Shown in pieces: positions 14,401 through 27,497 of a DNA stretch of 64,000 nt. The notes under the pieces are model-generated. The model was not told the origin of the DNA and searched no databases. It was given only the letters and a program-made list of their open reading frames with translations. The first letter of the stretch is position 1. Each line of letters opens with the position of its first letter. The stretch covers positions 5,580,001 to 5,644,000 of the forward strand of contig OZ316775.1 of assembly GCA_973851085.1 (NCBI GenBank). Reading direction: 5' to 3'. The position numbers and the translations under genes are program-made. The DNA is from Ptychomitrium polyphyllum. Taxonomy: Eukaryota.

Positions 14401-17400
14401 TAGAGTCACACTTTTGAGACAACAACTAGGACGGTGGACTTTTACTTCATATTTGCAATGATGTGGAAGATCACGTGATTCCACACAATGTTCGTTACAA
14501 TCCAGATCGCCTGACATACGAGTACACCCTTGGCTGTGTTCACACTATTAAGAGCTAGACGACTACAAGTTGGTTACTGCCCAGTGGCTGTACATGTCAC
14601 AGTCCAACAGGCAGATGATGAGTATTTTCAAAACTTTAGGATCCAAAGTGGGCAACATTAGGAACTACCAATCCAATGATTTTGTGATATCACTCAGAGG
14701 ATCTCAACCAAAGAGCAGGCTCCATGCCATGAAGGTTGTAACACCTGTGTTGTGAGGCAAGGGTAGAGTTGCGTATCTGGGGCCTCTTAGAAACTTCTAT
14801 GTTCTAGCAGTTTGAATTTCCTGACATACACTGCTTTGTGTAAAGCATGTTGACTTATTCCTTGTGACTTGGTTAAGTTGATTTCAGTATGGACAGCGTT
14901 GCAGCCCACTTTTGGCCAAAAGGCTGAACCTCACAAATGGTGTTAACAGTGATAACAGAGTTGTTTGAAAGGTTGACTCTTTTCTCATTCATATGTCACT
15001 TGTGATCTTTCCTTTTTCTTTACTTCATTTATGTATATGATTGGAGCACATTCCACAATAACAAGGTTTCATTTACCATTTTGACAACTCACTGGGAATT
15101 TACTAATGAATCAAGAAACAATTCTCTTAACAAATCAAGTGACAATCCCATAATATGGGAGTGAGATTGAGATCCAGTATACAAATATTTCCAACAAAGT
15201 AGAGTTCTTTTGTGGATCCACTTTTCTTTTTTCATCTAAGAGTCAAATTTTTTAAAAGAATTCTTTCAACATTAAATTAAAGGTATTGGTCAAAAAGTAA
15301 GTGGATTTCTTTTATATTGAAATATATGCTCCAATCATAAATACAAGTCAAATGGGATGTTTATACTCTTATTTATAAATGGAATAATAAATGGTGGCTA
15401 TATAATATTGTTTGATGAGTCTCCTAGTCACTTTAGAATAAAGAAGCTAAATTTCAAGTTTTCCAATTTTGAAGTTATTTAATTTATTTATATGAAGTCC
15501 AAATAATACATTTAAAAATGTGCACACATTCTTTTTTTTGTTGTGAATATGATTAAATAATAGAATCTATGGTTTATAAAGAATATCTCATAAGCCTAGA
15601 GAATGGATGAACACAATTCATGAGATTTGAAGGCCTGCATGTGTAAAGAAGTTAAGATGGTAGCAACATAACTACAAATAATTCTTCAATTAAACTACCT
15701 GTGCTATGTAATAAGTTAGAAGCTCTTGTGTAGTCATTTAATTGCTAGGTGTTTCAATCACAATTTTGTAATTTTTATAATTTGTTAGTTGGCACACATT
15801 ATATATTGTTCCTTTATCTATAAATTGCAAGGCACAAGAATCCATGGATATGGTTGGACACTTATTCATAATTACTTGGATTCGCTAGTTGGATGCATTA
15901 ACTTGGCCACCATCTCAAATTTCAAAATTCTAATGCCTATTCAAAAGCTCAAAATTAAAGCAAAAGGTATACAAATCTAGGTTCCTTTTATTAGCTATCT
16001 GCAATCCAAAAATCAAAAGGAAGTTTTCCATGTTTGTTTAAAACTGTAATCCATTTCAAATCAAGCTAATGGTGCTAAAGCTTTGTTATTGCTAAAAAAA
16101 AAAACAACTAACGTACAAACACAACAATCCAACGCTCTACACAAAATCCACTGCATTTCAAAAATGTTCAAGCGTGCTTTAACCTTGCCTATAGAAGCTA
16201 GCATTCATAAACCTATAAACCATGCGTTGTGACCTTTTGTCTAGGTCATTGAATTCTAATCCTAATAAGGCTCCAAATTACAAAACTAAATTGCTAATTC
16301 TATTCTACACTTGCAAGCATGTTGAAGTGGAAGGCTGCAGCCATAAATCTTTAATACAAAAATTCAAAAAATTATAGGGATCTATATTTTTAGATTAAAC
16401 AAGGACCTTCTCAAAACTAAACCCCATTCTATACTTGCAAGCATGTTGAAGTAAGGACCTTCTCAAAACTAAACACTCTCCTTTTTTTAGCAAGTCTACT
16501 AAATTAAAGCCTTAATTATGTGCTTTCTATTGTTTTTACTTACACCATGTGTGAAATCTATCCAAACAAGAATGCTACTTTAGAACTAAATACAACAAAT
16601 ACTTATATTATGATAGTTGAAACCTTTAGATCAATTGCATTGTATAGCCCATATTGATTTTAATGCAAGATAAATTTAAGTTAATTTGAAAGTATAATTG
16701 TAGAGATTTTAATTCAAAATGTGATATTATAAATATGAAAGGAAATTTAAGATTTTAAATGCTAAAATTCTATACATTACCATTCATATACTATCAACAT
16801 TGAAAATCTCTTTTTTAAATCATGTGCACTTTGATTGCCAATTGTGTGACAATAAAGAGGTCTAAGTGTGCTTTGTTAATGTTTCCGTAGAAGTACCAAC
16901 CTACACATAAATAAGTTTACCACTTCTCTGGAAAGCTCCAATACTGCATCCTCCCATTCAGCCTCTACTTAGCTCCATTGTTTGAGTTACCTTTATTCAT
17001 AGCTGGTGTTGATGTTCATCAATTTGCTTGACATTGGAAGATTCCATGAACTTGTAGTTTGATTCCAATCATCCCTCTCACACCAAATGGCCAGGTGAAA
17101 CCAATTCATAACTAACTGCATGATTATTGCTACAACAGGCCAATTGCCATTGCATACCCATTTGTGGTACTTCTCTGCTCAAAACTTAATTCCTCAAACA
17201 ATTAGCCATGTACACAAAGGTCTTCTGTCTTGGGATCTTCACGGATCATATTTCACTTACTATGCAGTTGACTTCTGGACCAAAAGACTAAAAGTTGAAG
17301 TCATACAAGACAACTAGAAAATGCACAGGGAATTGGCATAAACATTCACCCTGGAACAACTTGGGCCACAGTACAGGTCCAAACTATGACAATCATCAGC

Positions 17401-17472
17401 AAATGTAACATTTCAGATTGCCAAGCTCAATGCAACATGTATAGGTCAGAAATTTCCATCTCCTAGGCTTCA

Positions 17473-18739
17473 TTAGACAAAAGGAATCCAAGAACCAAGT
17501 GGTGCACTGATAATAAAATGATAGTATTTGCTTTTGCATATTGCTCACCAGCTACACTATCCACAGATACAACAGCCTAGGAGCACTTCCTTGTCTTTCG
17601 TAAGTGTCACAAAAAATGATCCAATGTTTGAATCTAGGTTGTTGACTCGCTTTGTTGTCCCTGTGAACAATTGACATGATGAACAGGGATTATAAAAGGA
17701 ATAAACATCTTTCGAACAATTCAGTTGACCAATAAATGATACTGGGGAAACAGATGAGTTCATTTAAGAGCACTTCGGTTACCTGGAATTAGCACCAAGT
17801 CCGGTCCTTTCTGAAGAACCCCAGCCAAAGCAAGCTGGTTCAATGAGCAGTTCGTCTTCTCGACAATTTCTAGTACCTCCTCACTAAATCGTTCATTTTT
17901 CACCAGATTCGCTCCTTGCATTCTTAGAGATGATAGATATACAAACATTTAAACCTTTCAGCTCATTGGATTGTATAGAATATGGTAAATAAATTTATCA
18001 AAAAGACTCTTTCTCAATGGATACACACTCAAATATCTGCATGACCTTACTTAGATTTTCTAAGTAAGAATGCTACATTCAACTGCAAGAGAGCATCCAA
18101 ATATGAGTGGCAAAGGTGCACTTGTAATTTTGTCTGATGAAATTTTCAGCTCTTGTGGTCGCAAAACTATACCCAATCAATACCGACAGTCATAAGCAAC
18201 CCTTACCTTGCGAGCATCATTCTGTGGAGCAACTTCAGGTTTGTAGCGAGCAAAGAAGCCTCGACCTAGTGTACCAAAGACCTAGTATACCTCCGATCCC
18301 CACTTCTTTGAAAATGCATCGAATCCTTTAGTGTATCCGCGCTGAGGCAGACACAAATTCGGGAGATCCTAACAGACTGGTTGACCAAAGTAGAAGAGTA
18401 CAGCTCAATCTTGTGCAATGTTTCCAATATGCAAGTGTAGATCAATATCATCCGACATATTTCAACAAGAATCTCCGCCAACAGAATAGCAGTATGGTCA
18501 AAGAGAAATACCTACCTTCCCCACGAGGATCTCACTGGTGTGAGGCCCATAAAAGTCCGCTGAGTCCGGAAAGATCACTCTCTACTCTACAGCATACCTG
18601 ATGAGGTGAATCATCTCTCCTTCCGGCTTCTGGGTGCCATGGGAAAGCTCATGCTCATGCACCCCAGCCCAAGAGCTGAAACCTCCAGCCCCTATGAGCC
18701 CAGGGGCATAACCACGATTTTGGACACAGCTGAAGCCTT
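17473..18739 (-). pseudogene. Aldo-keto reductase pseudogene (plant auxin-induced PCNT115 / perakine-reductase-like family)
   Basis: Remnant exons: ~18739-18516 LGS*GLEVSALGLGCMSMS..KPEGEMIHLIRYAVE*RVIFPDSADFYGPHTSEILVGK; ~18308-18207 EVGIG..LGRGFFARY..DARK; ~17940-17783 RMQGANLVKNE..CSLNQLALAGVLQKGPDLVLIPG; 17660-17473 GTTKRVNNLDSNIGSFFVTLT..SVAGEQY. GT donors are retained. It has stops, frameshifts and an apparently lost start codon. Confidence 0.88.
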
Positions 18740-19891
18740 GGATACGAATGTCCAACCTTCTTGTGTGAGTGTGAAGTTGTTAGTCGGGACTGAGCAGCCG
18801 GCATGCTAGACTTGCTTCAGCTATATCCAAAACCTGTGTGTGCCTCAATTTTTTCTCTATCCGTGCAAACATGTCACAGCTCTGGCATATAGGAAAATGA
18901 GCGAGCTCCTTAATTTTTCGAAGAAATTAGAGGCGTGCGTCTTCGTTCCCAGTGACTCATGCCCGTACACCCCAGGCCAATCTTGAACTGAAACTTCTAG
19001 CCCTAGCAAGCCCAGAAGCACTTCTGGAATTTTGGGCCTGTGTGAACTTAAGCTAAGGATATGAATTCTTCTCCATGTAGGGAGCTTTCTTAGACCATCG
19101 AAGGCAATCATATGCTGACGATGAGATAATTTATCATCTTTGGATTCGGATGTCTCCGAGTTTATACAGCTTCAAATTCAAATACCTATGAAATTTTACA
19201 TTTCTTATGTATTTATCTAGCATTGCAGTTATCTCACATTTTCATGCGAACTTAAGGCTCAAAGACAAGACTCGAAGTTTGGAGAGTGGAGATTTTCATA
19301 ATGAAAAGATCATTGCATGGAGGAAATTATGAAGAGGTGGCAATCAAAAATCCTGACGAGTCGTCCCACCTCCTAGTCTTTCTTTTGTCAGAATGAAGGC
19401 TGATTCAAACGTGCTTTACCTTCGTTGATATTGTCTCACTACTAAGTAGTACAGTTCTGTATTTCCAGAGCCCAGACTTTTAGGCCTAGGCATCTTTGCT
19501 AATTTGGATGTTGTAACATCTGAGATACATTTGGGGCTTCTCAGATCAATCTAGGGATACCAAATACATAGAATGCGCATTGAGATCAAGCATGCTCTAC
19601 GTCCACGCAATCTCTCATCAATATCATGCTCGCTCAGTGTACCTTGAAACATAATACTACAGTATAAATAAATAACTTACAACTCCATCAGTGCGCTGCA
19701 AAGATCGTATGCCACCAGCAAGACGTAAATTCATAAATGTTGGTACCACTAGCATTTTTTCGTAACAGAAAATATACAGATTTCTGCAAAACTGGTAACA
19801 TGGACTCTTATCTGCAGCTGCGAAGCAATTCTGTGCATATAAACAGCACTATGAACTATGAAATGGTGCAGTACCCAGCGAATTTGAAGAC

Positions 19892-22065
19892 CTAGGCGGC
19901 AGACAGATTCTTCTGGGTGGACATGCTGCCTTCGTAAGGGCACGATGGGCAGTCACCCCGAGTGATGAGTTGTGGACCAACTGGAGGTCCTCCCTTCTTG
20001 GGACGAATATCCTGCACCAGTACCAGCATATTCAAAACCACCAATTAGCAGCAGAACAAGCTCAAACTAATCACCTCATCAGTCAATCAATAAATTTCAA
20101 TGCTTCAACTCTTCATGGCTGTCTGCTTTTCTTTCAAAGCTTCCTTAAGATACAAATTCAAGAATTATATCTTTATGAAGAGATCGAATTTGGCATACCT
20201 GATCGAAAATGGAAACAGGAATTGCAAGGGTAGCACAAGCGTTGGGCACATCCACAATGCCAGAAATGCGGCCTTCACATGGGCAGCAAGAGAGAAGCAG
20301 GTAAATCTGAAACCAAACATAAGGTACAGTAATTTCAGTAAACTCAAAAGCTGATAAACCTGAAATACAAAGCTGCTTAGAGTGTGCTAATGCTGAATAA
20401 AGTGATCATGACTGATTTTGATCCTTTTCCAATGACACGCACCTGTTCCTTGGTGTAACCGAACTTGGACAGGTAGTCGATGCAGTTGAGCACAGCGCGT
20501 TTGTAAGCAATACTGGCGTCGAGATAGTGCTGCTTGCCATTCTCGTCAACGCTCAAGCCTTCGAACACCAACCACTCGGAGAAGCGAGGTTCCAGGGGGC
20601 CGATCTCAAAGATGGGGTTCACGTGGAGCTTGGTTGGGCCCATGGGGGTCAAGTATTGCTCCATTCCTTCGCGGATGATCGAGCATCTGAACCAATACGC
20701 CAGTGAATATATCAGTATGTGAATATATCAAATGTAACAGATATGTAGAGAGGATTCAATAATTCAAAATGGGTTAAGCGGGATGAAGGGGAAACGTACT
20801 TGAGCTCGAGGAACCCGCTCATCTCGATTGCGCCACAGAAAGAGACCTCGCCATCACCTTGAGAGAAGTGCATGTCGCCCATGGAAAGGTTGGCTCCTTC
20901 GATAAACACAGGGAAGTAAACCTTGCAACCCCTGCTCAAATTCTTGATATCGCAGTTGCCTCCATTCTCTCGCCCGGGAATAGTTCGGCATGCTTCCGCT
21001 GCGATTCTCTCCCAATCCTTGCTTCCCTTCTCCACCTGCATAATAAATCACCACCATATTAAGTTTCAGACGATGATTAGAGACAAACATGCAGTCCCCT
21101 GCTTCAAGGAAAAATGTCTGATGGCAAGCCGTAATTACTCGGTGTTGAGGGTGAGGATTGAATCTTTACCTTTCCGAGAAGAGCTCCAGTCTTGTTAGGA
21201 AGAAGAGCGAGAGGGCGGGTATGCAAATGCTTGCTGAGAGTGAGAGCGTTCTCTCCCTCGTCAACGAGAGCCTTCTCACGCTCGTTCCAGATTTTGAGAA
21301 GCTCATGGGATGGGGCAGTGCCGATGAGACCTGGGTGAATTAGACCCGGGAAACGCACCCCTGCAATCATCACCTCTCTGTCAGTTGAAGTTAATGGCCA
21401 AGAGAATTAATTTGAAAAGCACTTGAGTATCCTATTACTATCAAAGTAGTGGGTTCATGTTTGTGCAGAAAGTGTATACCAGGGATGTGGCGAGATGAGG
21501 CCCAGATGCCTTCGAAATCCCAGATGGCCTTGCAAGCCTTGGGAAAGTGGTCAGTGAGGAAGCCTCCACCGTTTTCACGGTCGAAGATTCCAGTAAAACC
21601 CCACTCGTCACCCGGAAGCGGACCGAGGTTCAGAATCTCAACCACGAGCAAGTCTCCGGGCATCACAGCCCTGCCTTCCGTGTCCGTCACACGGATTGGT
21701 CCGCTCAAGTTGTGCACCTGCCAATTGACCAAGATTGCAAAAGATATTCAGCAGAAACTCTTCGCATCATAAACTGCAACCCCGCCATAGGCACTGCAGT
21801 GGTACATGAAGGATAGGAGATCGGTGTTGGAATGTACCGAGGTAAGGTCGACGTTCTTCATGTCATCGGCGCTGTCATTGTTATGGATCTGCCTGCCGGT
21901 CCAGTCTACCGTCTCCACACGGAACACCTCGCCCTCCTGCACCTCCCCAACGGCGGGAATATCCGGGTGCCATCGGTTGTGTAATGCAGTACCTGTCTGC
22001 TCCCATGGCCGCTTATTGGGGTCCACGGCCACAACCGCCCTTGGAGTCCTGATCAACGGCGCCAT
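19892..22065 (-). CDS. Formamidase (acetamidase/formamidase, FmdA_AmdA family), 7 coding exons, 454 aa
   Basis: Exons 22065-21838, 21717-21480, 21360-21170, 21035-20800, 20686-20443, 20306-20199 and 20011-19892 have GT..AG introns and join to 1365 nt in frame. Motifs: LHNRWHPDIP, VHNLSGPI, GGGFLTDHFP, HPGLIGTAPS, RENGGNCDIKNL, GDMHFSQGDGEVSFCGAIEM, EGRISGIVDVPNA. Probable 5'UTR intron 22250-22096. Confidence 0.96.
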
Positions 22066-22576
22066 GATTCTTCACAAACAGAATTCCTCGAGAACCTGCA
22101 CAAGTCATCACCACCAAATACCAATTCTAGCTTCACCTTTCCAGCTCAAAAATCAACCTAACCATTCCCAGAAACAGGGGAAAGCCAAGAGAATCAAATT
22201 CACTGTAAATGCATAAAGAGTGTAGCGAAGGAAAAGAGCGCGGCTCTTACGAGAGCTGGAAGCGGTGGACAGGACTGAATGAGCTGCTACACGGGCAAGG
22301 CACGAGTTTCAGAGATGGTAAAACGCAGACATGGTTCTATCCGGCGTTTTGTACATGCAGAGAAGGGGATGGACAGAAAACTACCGCGATGATGTGACGC
22401 CGCGAGAGATTAGACGTGCGTAATTGCTTACGAGAATTCCCTTGTTGCAAGCGCTGATTGGGAAGCGCAAGTGCCTCTTCCAGCGAGAAAGAAGGGGCGC
22501 AACTGCACTTCGTGTCTTCCACGAATGTCCGAGCAAACCAACTCTCGAGTCCCTCCCTAAAGCTACCTGCTTCCCA

Positions 22577-22902
22577 AGATTCTGAAACCTGGGAAAGTCC
22601 TATGAAACCTGGATCCTAGAATGAGCTGGAATCTGAAGAGATTTTTCAAGGGTACTAGTACTGGTGGCTCCGTGCGAGACCAATTTGCTCTGAGGTGGAT
22701 CACCGGTGTCAAGAATTCGAATGCATGGAACGTCCACGAGGAAGCCTCACGGAGGGACAGGAAAGGCATCAAAGAGAGAATCTAACGAAATTGGAGTTAC
22801 CAAGAATCTGTGGCAAAAGTGAGGACGATTCCACGTTGCCATTTCTCTCAGACGATGCTCAAATACATCGATCCTCTTCCAACTTAGATTGGTTTCGAAT
22901 CT
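22577..22902. promoter_or_regulatory. Cluster of GAATCT/AGATTC motifs upstream of formamidase (candidate GARP/NIGT1-type sites)
   Basis: Hexamer at 22577 (AGATTC), 22629, 22778, 22804 and 22897, plus GATTC at 22827. Confidence 0.35.
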
Positions 22903-24791
22903 CCACGGTTTACAACTTACAGCCCTTCCATATTTTAATGAACTCTACCTACTCTGACAGTACTAAGGAGGCTAGCCGACTGACTAGAAAGCGTTGCGTC
23001 TAGAAAATTGAACTGATAGTCGGCAGAATTCGTTGTTTACAAGGGTTTCTTTTCATCAAACTACAAAGAACTTTTTGAATTTCCCAAACAATGCATCATA
23101 ATACTAGCCAATGCCTTCAAAGGAATATTTTTGGGTTATGCATGCATTCATACTGCAGCAGCTAACTAGCATTGTTTCTTGTTTGATCCTGATGAGCTTT
23201 TTACAGGATCATGGTGCTAGACAGGAAAGCCTGCTCCCTAATTTTACAAATGAATCCAAATTTTTCAAATGGCACGTACCAGACAGACCATTGGCAGTTG
23301 GAAGTTGGAACATTTTCCAATGTCACATTTTCTTAATCTCCTCCACAGTAACTACTGTGACTGGTTCACAAGTTCTGCAGCCGGTAGACCCCTAGACTTC
23401 GGAGTTCCTTCCATTCAATGTGTAGAGAAATGTCAAAAATATTTAAGAAGAGAACGATTTGTTGTATTCTTAGTTTATTTTGAGTTGAATTAGTTATTAT
23501 TCAATTTGTTGTTGTGCCATGGTATTATAAATTTATGGCCTTCAAACAAACTCATCATGCAGCATGTGTCTAGATCAAAATGTCACCAAGAAAGTGTGTT
23601 AGGATTTCTTTGGCGCCACAGGTGGTTGTGTTTGCATAGTCCACTATTCCTTGCACTGTCAAGGTCCACTGTGTTATTGATTTAGTTATAACTCTACTTG
23701 ACAACAATTTTTCCAATGTATAGTATATTTTCAATATCTATGTAATAGTACAAAGGTAGCTATTCACTTCTAACCCAAAACGTATAGATTTGATGTTCAT
23801 GCAATATGTACAATTATAACTATGTTTTTTATAATAAAAAGTTGCACAACATGCAACAATTGTCACTTGAAATTTACGAGGCGGGTTTAACAAATGTGCT
23901 TGTGCTCATGATCTCTAGCTTGTCATAATAAACATGCTCAATTTTCACTCATTGTCACCATTGGCAATAGCTACTTGTCATAACAAAAGTCTCTCTAGTT
24001 TCTTGGTCATTCTTTTAATTCCAAGTATTATGTAATGCAAAATATCAATCTCCACTTAAAATGAAGGCAACCTTGAAAAGTTGTGCCTCTAAAAGTATGT
24101 AGCCACACTACTCTATTTAAAGTATTAAATAAGCAAGTTATTTTTATAGGCATCTGTATCACTCCAAGTAAAAGTCTTGTAGCCTTGCTTATATGAATAG
24201 AAGAAATTCCTACCTTTGTAGTGTTAGAAAAAGATGAGCTTGCTAAAATTATTCTAGTGCTAGAAGAAAACAAAGAAAATGAAGCTTTGTAGAAAAAACA
24301 AAAGAGTTGTGACGCTTTTAGAAAATTTAAGATAGTTGGACACCAATATATTTTGATTTTTGTATTTGTTTTTTAAAATTTCAATTCTTTTTTTAAAAAA
24401 ATCTTGAAACATCCATAACAATCAAAGTTTATGTAATGTAGTTTAAACATGTATCATAGGAATTTAACTAATTTTAGATTTAAAAATCCATAAAATAAAT
24501 TTGTATATCGACAACCAATCAATACAACTTTAGCTATTCAACGCTACTTTGATCTTTATAAAAGGCCATATTAATTCAACGTTCACAAATATAAAATCAT
24601 TATATAATTCTTACAAATATGATACATTTGTTGCATATTCTTCTTCTTGCAATGTACTTATGGGTAGCTTTCCAATAATATTTCACATAATTCCTAGATT
24701 TTGTTCTTAATTTATATATCCAATTTATTCATGATTAATCAATTTGCCTATATGTAGTTAAATACAAGTTTTTTAATTATTGTTGATATTT

Positions 24792-25385
24792 GAAGATGTT
24801 ATTAAAGGCCTCATTAGAAAGCTTTTAAATCTATTTCTAAAAAGCTATTTTATGAAAGCAATGGGTACAATATATTTTCAATATTAAATGCAAACTAGAA
24901 TAAAGGTTAACTTTGAAAGGCATTTGGTCATGGTGAAGCCTCACTATGCTTACAAGTGACAATTAGGTGCATATGCCTTTCTTTACTTTTGGATGCAGTA
25001 TATAATATACTTTCAATATTCTTTCTATTCTAAATCTACAAATTGGACCTTCAAGCATTAATGTTCAAGATGACTATGAAGCCTCAATCTTTAGTTGCAA
25101 TAAAGCCCTCATTAACTTTGAATCTATGAACTATTTTATGGGAAACTTTAAGCGGCTTATGTATCTATCTATCATCATTTTTAGAGTACATGCTACTTGT
25201 AGAGATAGCAACTATGCAAGTTATTGAATCTATAGAGGACAAAAGGACCTTCTCAATCCTTGCATTTATAAAGTCAAATTTTTGGCAACAAACTAATTGA
25301 ATACTTTCCTATTGTGTTTTGCATATGTTATTAAGATTTTTACACTTTAGAGAAATTTCCTTATAATTAGGTTGTTAATGATTGG
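24792..25385 (+). mobile_element. Degenerate hAT DNA-transposase C-terminal (dimerisation) region
   Basis: Translated pieces MKAMGTIYFQY, NFERHLVMVKPHY, KLDLQALMFKMTMK, FLEYMLLVEIATMQVIESIEDKRTFSILAFIKS and DFYTLEKFPY..W resemble the hAT C-terminal pattern (LAEIA..VLGSVEDERTFSTLAFMKSKLRNRL). Stops and frameshifts are present. Confidence 0.75.
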
Positions 25386-26214
25386 TACATTTTAAAAGAA
25401 GAAAAAAACAAGAAATACGTTTTAGCTTCTTTGTGGTGGTTCTAAGCATAGAATTTATACATAAAGAAATATGGATTATTTTGCTTTTTCCAAATGGATG
25501 GAGTATTAGATATTAAATGATTTATGCTTTATTTGTATTCATACTTTTTGCTTAGGTCAAGAGTAGAATGAAGTAGTAGAAAATATTAAAATGATCCTAG
25601 AAACTTTGACCACTGGAGCACTACAGCTCATAGCCATTTGGTTATATGAACCTACAGATGTGAAGCCAACTTTGATACAAAATCATGTTATTCTAGCCAA
25701 ATTGTTCGAGGTTGAAAATTCATGTATAGCCTTCTAATCAGAAAAATAACATGCTGATTTTCCCGAAAGTCAAAGTGGACCACAGTTTAACCCCTCATTC
25801 AGTAAGTAAAAGAACACGAGAAATTCTGGTAACAACAGGGTAGGAACTTGTTTCAAATGCATGTCAGAGAAGAGGATGGTACTGTGTTAGTTTGGAAGAG
25901 GCTGGATTTAGTGTGGCTGCCCTACTTCATTTCCAAACCTTGTCCAGAGTTGGTGGATTTGGCTCTAAATCTGGGGACGAAGGGGTCATTGCAAGAGTGA
26001 AAGGGTGACCGCGGCGAACCTGGTCTCACCTTTAGATTCCAGTTACAATGGATGAGAGTGTGCCGATCATGAGACGGACGTCCATTCGCCTGTCGTGGAT
26101 GGCTTGTTCCATCTTCCTAGCAGCTCAGAGAACGAACTCTGGCTTGTCGCCATGTTCTAAGGCAGAGGATGTTGAGAGATGACTATTTTCCCTTTTTGGT
26201 AACTTCATTTCATT

Positions 26215-26285
26215 TTTTTGACACAAGTGAGATGAAAATTCCAATCTTTTTGACACAAGTGAGATGAAAATCCCAATCTTTTTGA
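26215..26285. repeat. 32-bp tandem duplication (~2.2 copies)
   Basis: Unit TTTTTGACACAAGTGAGATGAAAAT(T/C)CCAATC. Confidence 0.9.
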
Positions 26286-27497
26286 ATGAAACGTAGGTTT
26301 TCCGAAACAGGGCAGAAACAGTGCAGAAATTCAAGGTCTTGCACTGTTTTGGACAAACGGTGTATCATTATTGGTTCTGACTGTACATTCTACCCAGTAC
26401 ATAAACCATATACCAACCCAGTACGTGAATACCAGCTTCTTTCCACTGCCACATATTGATTGCTAGAGAATCAAGTGAGGATATCGAAAGTGATAGAATC
26501 ACACCCATCCTCGCTATTGGCACGAAGACCGTCAATGCAAGAGTATTGAGTCTGTGGTCGAAAACCTGAGAATCCATGTCGTCTAAAACGGTAATCAACC
26601 TGCGCCCGAAAAACTGAGATTCTGAGGACACAGAGTTCGACGACTTGCAACCCAGACACGGAACACAAATAGGGAAATACCAAGGATCAAGGTTAGCAAG
26701 GGCAGGATTGATGCACCACCTCTGCGTTACCAGCATCGATGCCGTCTGACGGAACTCTCGACTTCAGGGCTTCTGAAGTTCTGAGTGCTGTCCCTTGCAA
26801 CGTACAAACGCCTGAGCTCATCATTGATGCTCCGTTGTCTATAACCTGCAAGGCCTAGAGCTCATGGCGATCAATGGTGCCCAAGAAAGTGGACAGCACT
26901 ACCGTAGTTTCCTAAGTCAAAATTATGCATATGCACACGCATGATTTTGATACTGTATTGGCTATTGAGGAGACTTAACCCGACAGGTTTATAATATTCG
27001 AACTCATTCCTGAAAAGTTTATTACAAATAGAACATCCCGAACTTCAAAGCTATCTTTCTCTGACAAAGTGGAATCTTCATAGATACCCTTCAAAGGTTC
27101 ACGCACAAGAAATAATGGGCGAAAAAAACATTCAGCTCCAATCTGAGGCATTGGACTGTGTTTCCATGCCTGCCAAACACGAGCATGAAATTAAAATAAG
27201 TATAATTAAGTGCAGGGCACCAAAAATGTAGTCAGGACTTGTAAACCTAGGTTTCTAAATAATAGTAGTAACTCCCCTAAGAAAGAAGGATAGATGGTAG
27301 ATCCTAGTGTACAGGATATATACAAGTAAAAACGCAATCAGATGGCGTCTAAGTATACTGCCCATCAAAACTAGCAAACTCAGTGTTATTTGGTTATTGA
27401 ATAGAAACCAAATCTCCTGACGTTGCTGCCACGTTCTCCAAATAATCAGAATAGCAGTCAGAACTTTGATACCCGCTTTTGACATCAATAGATACCA

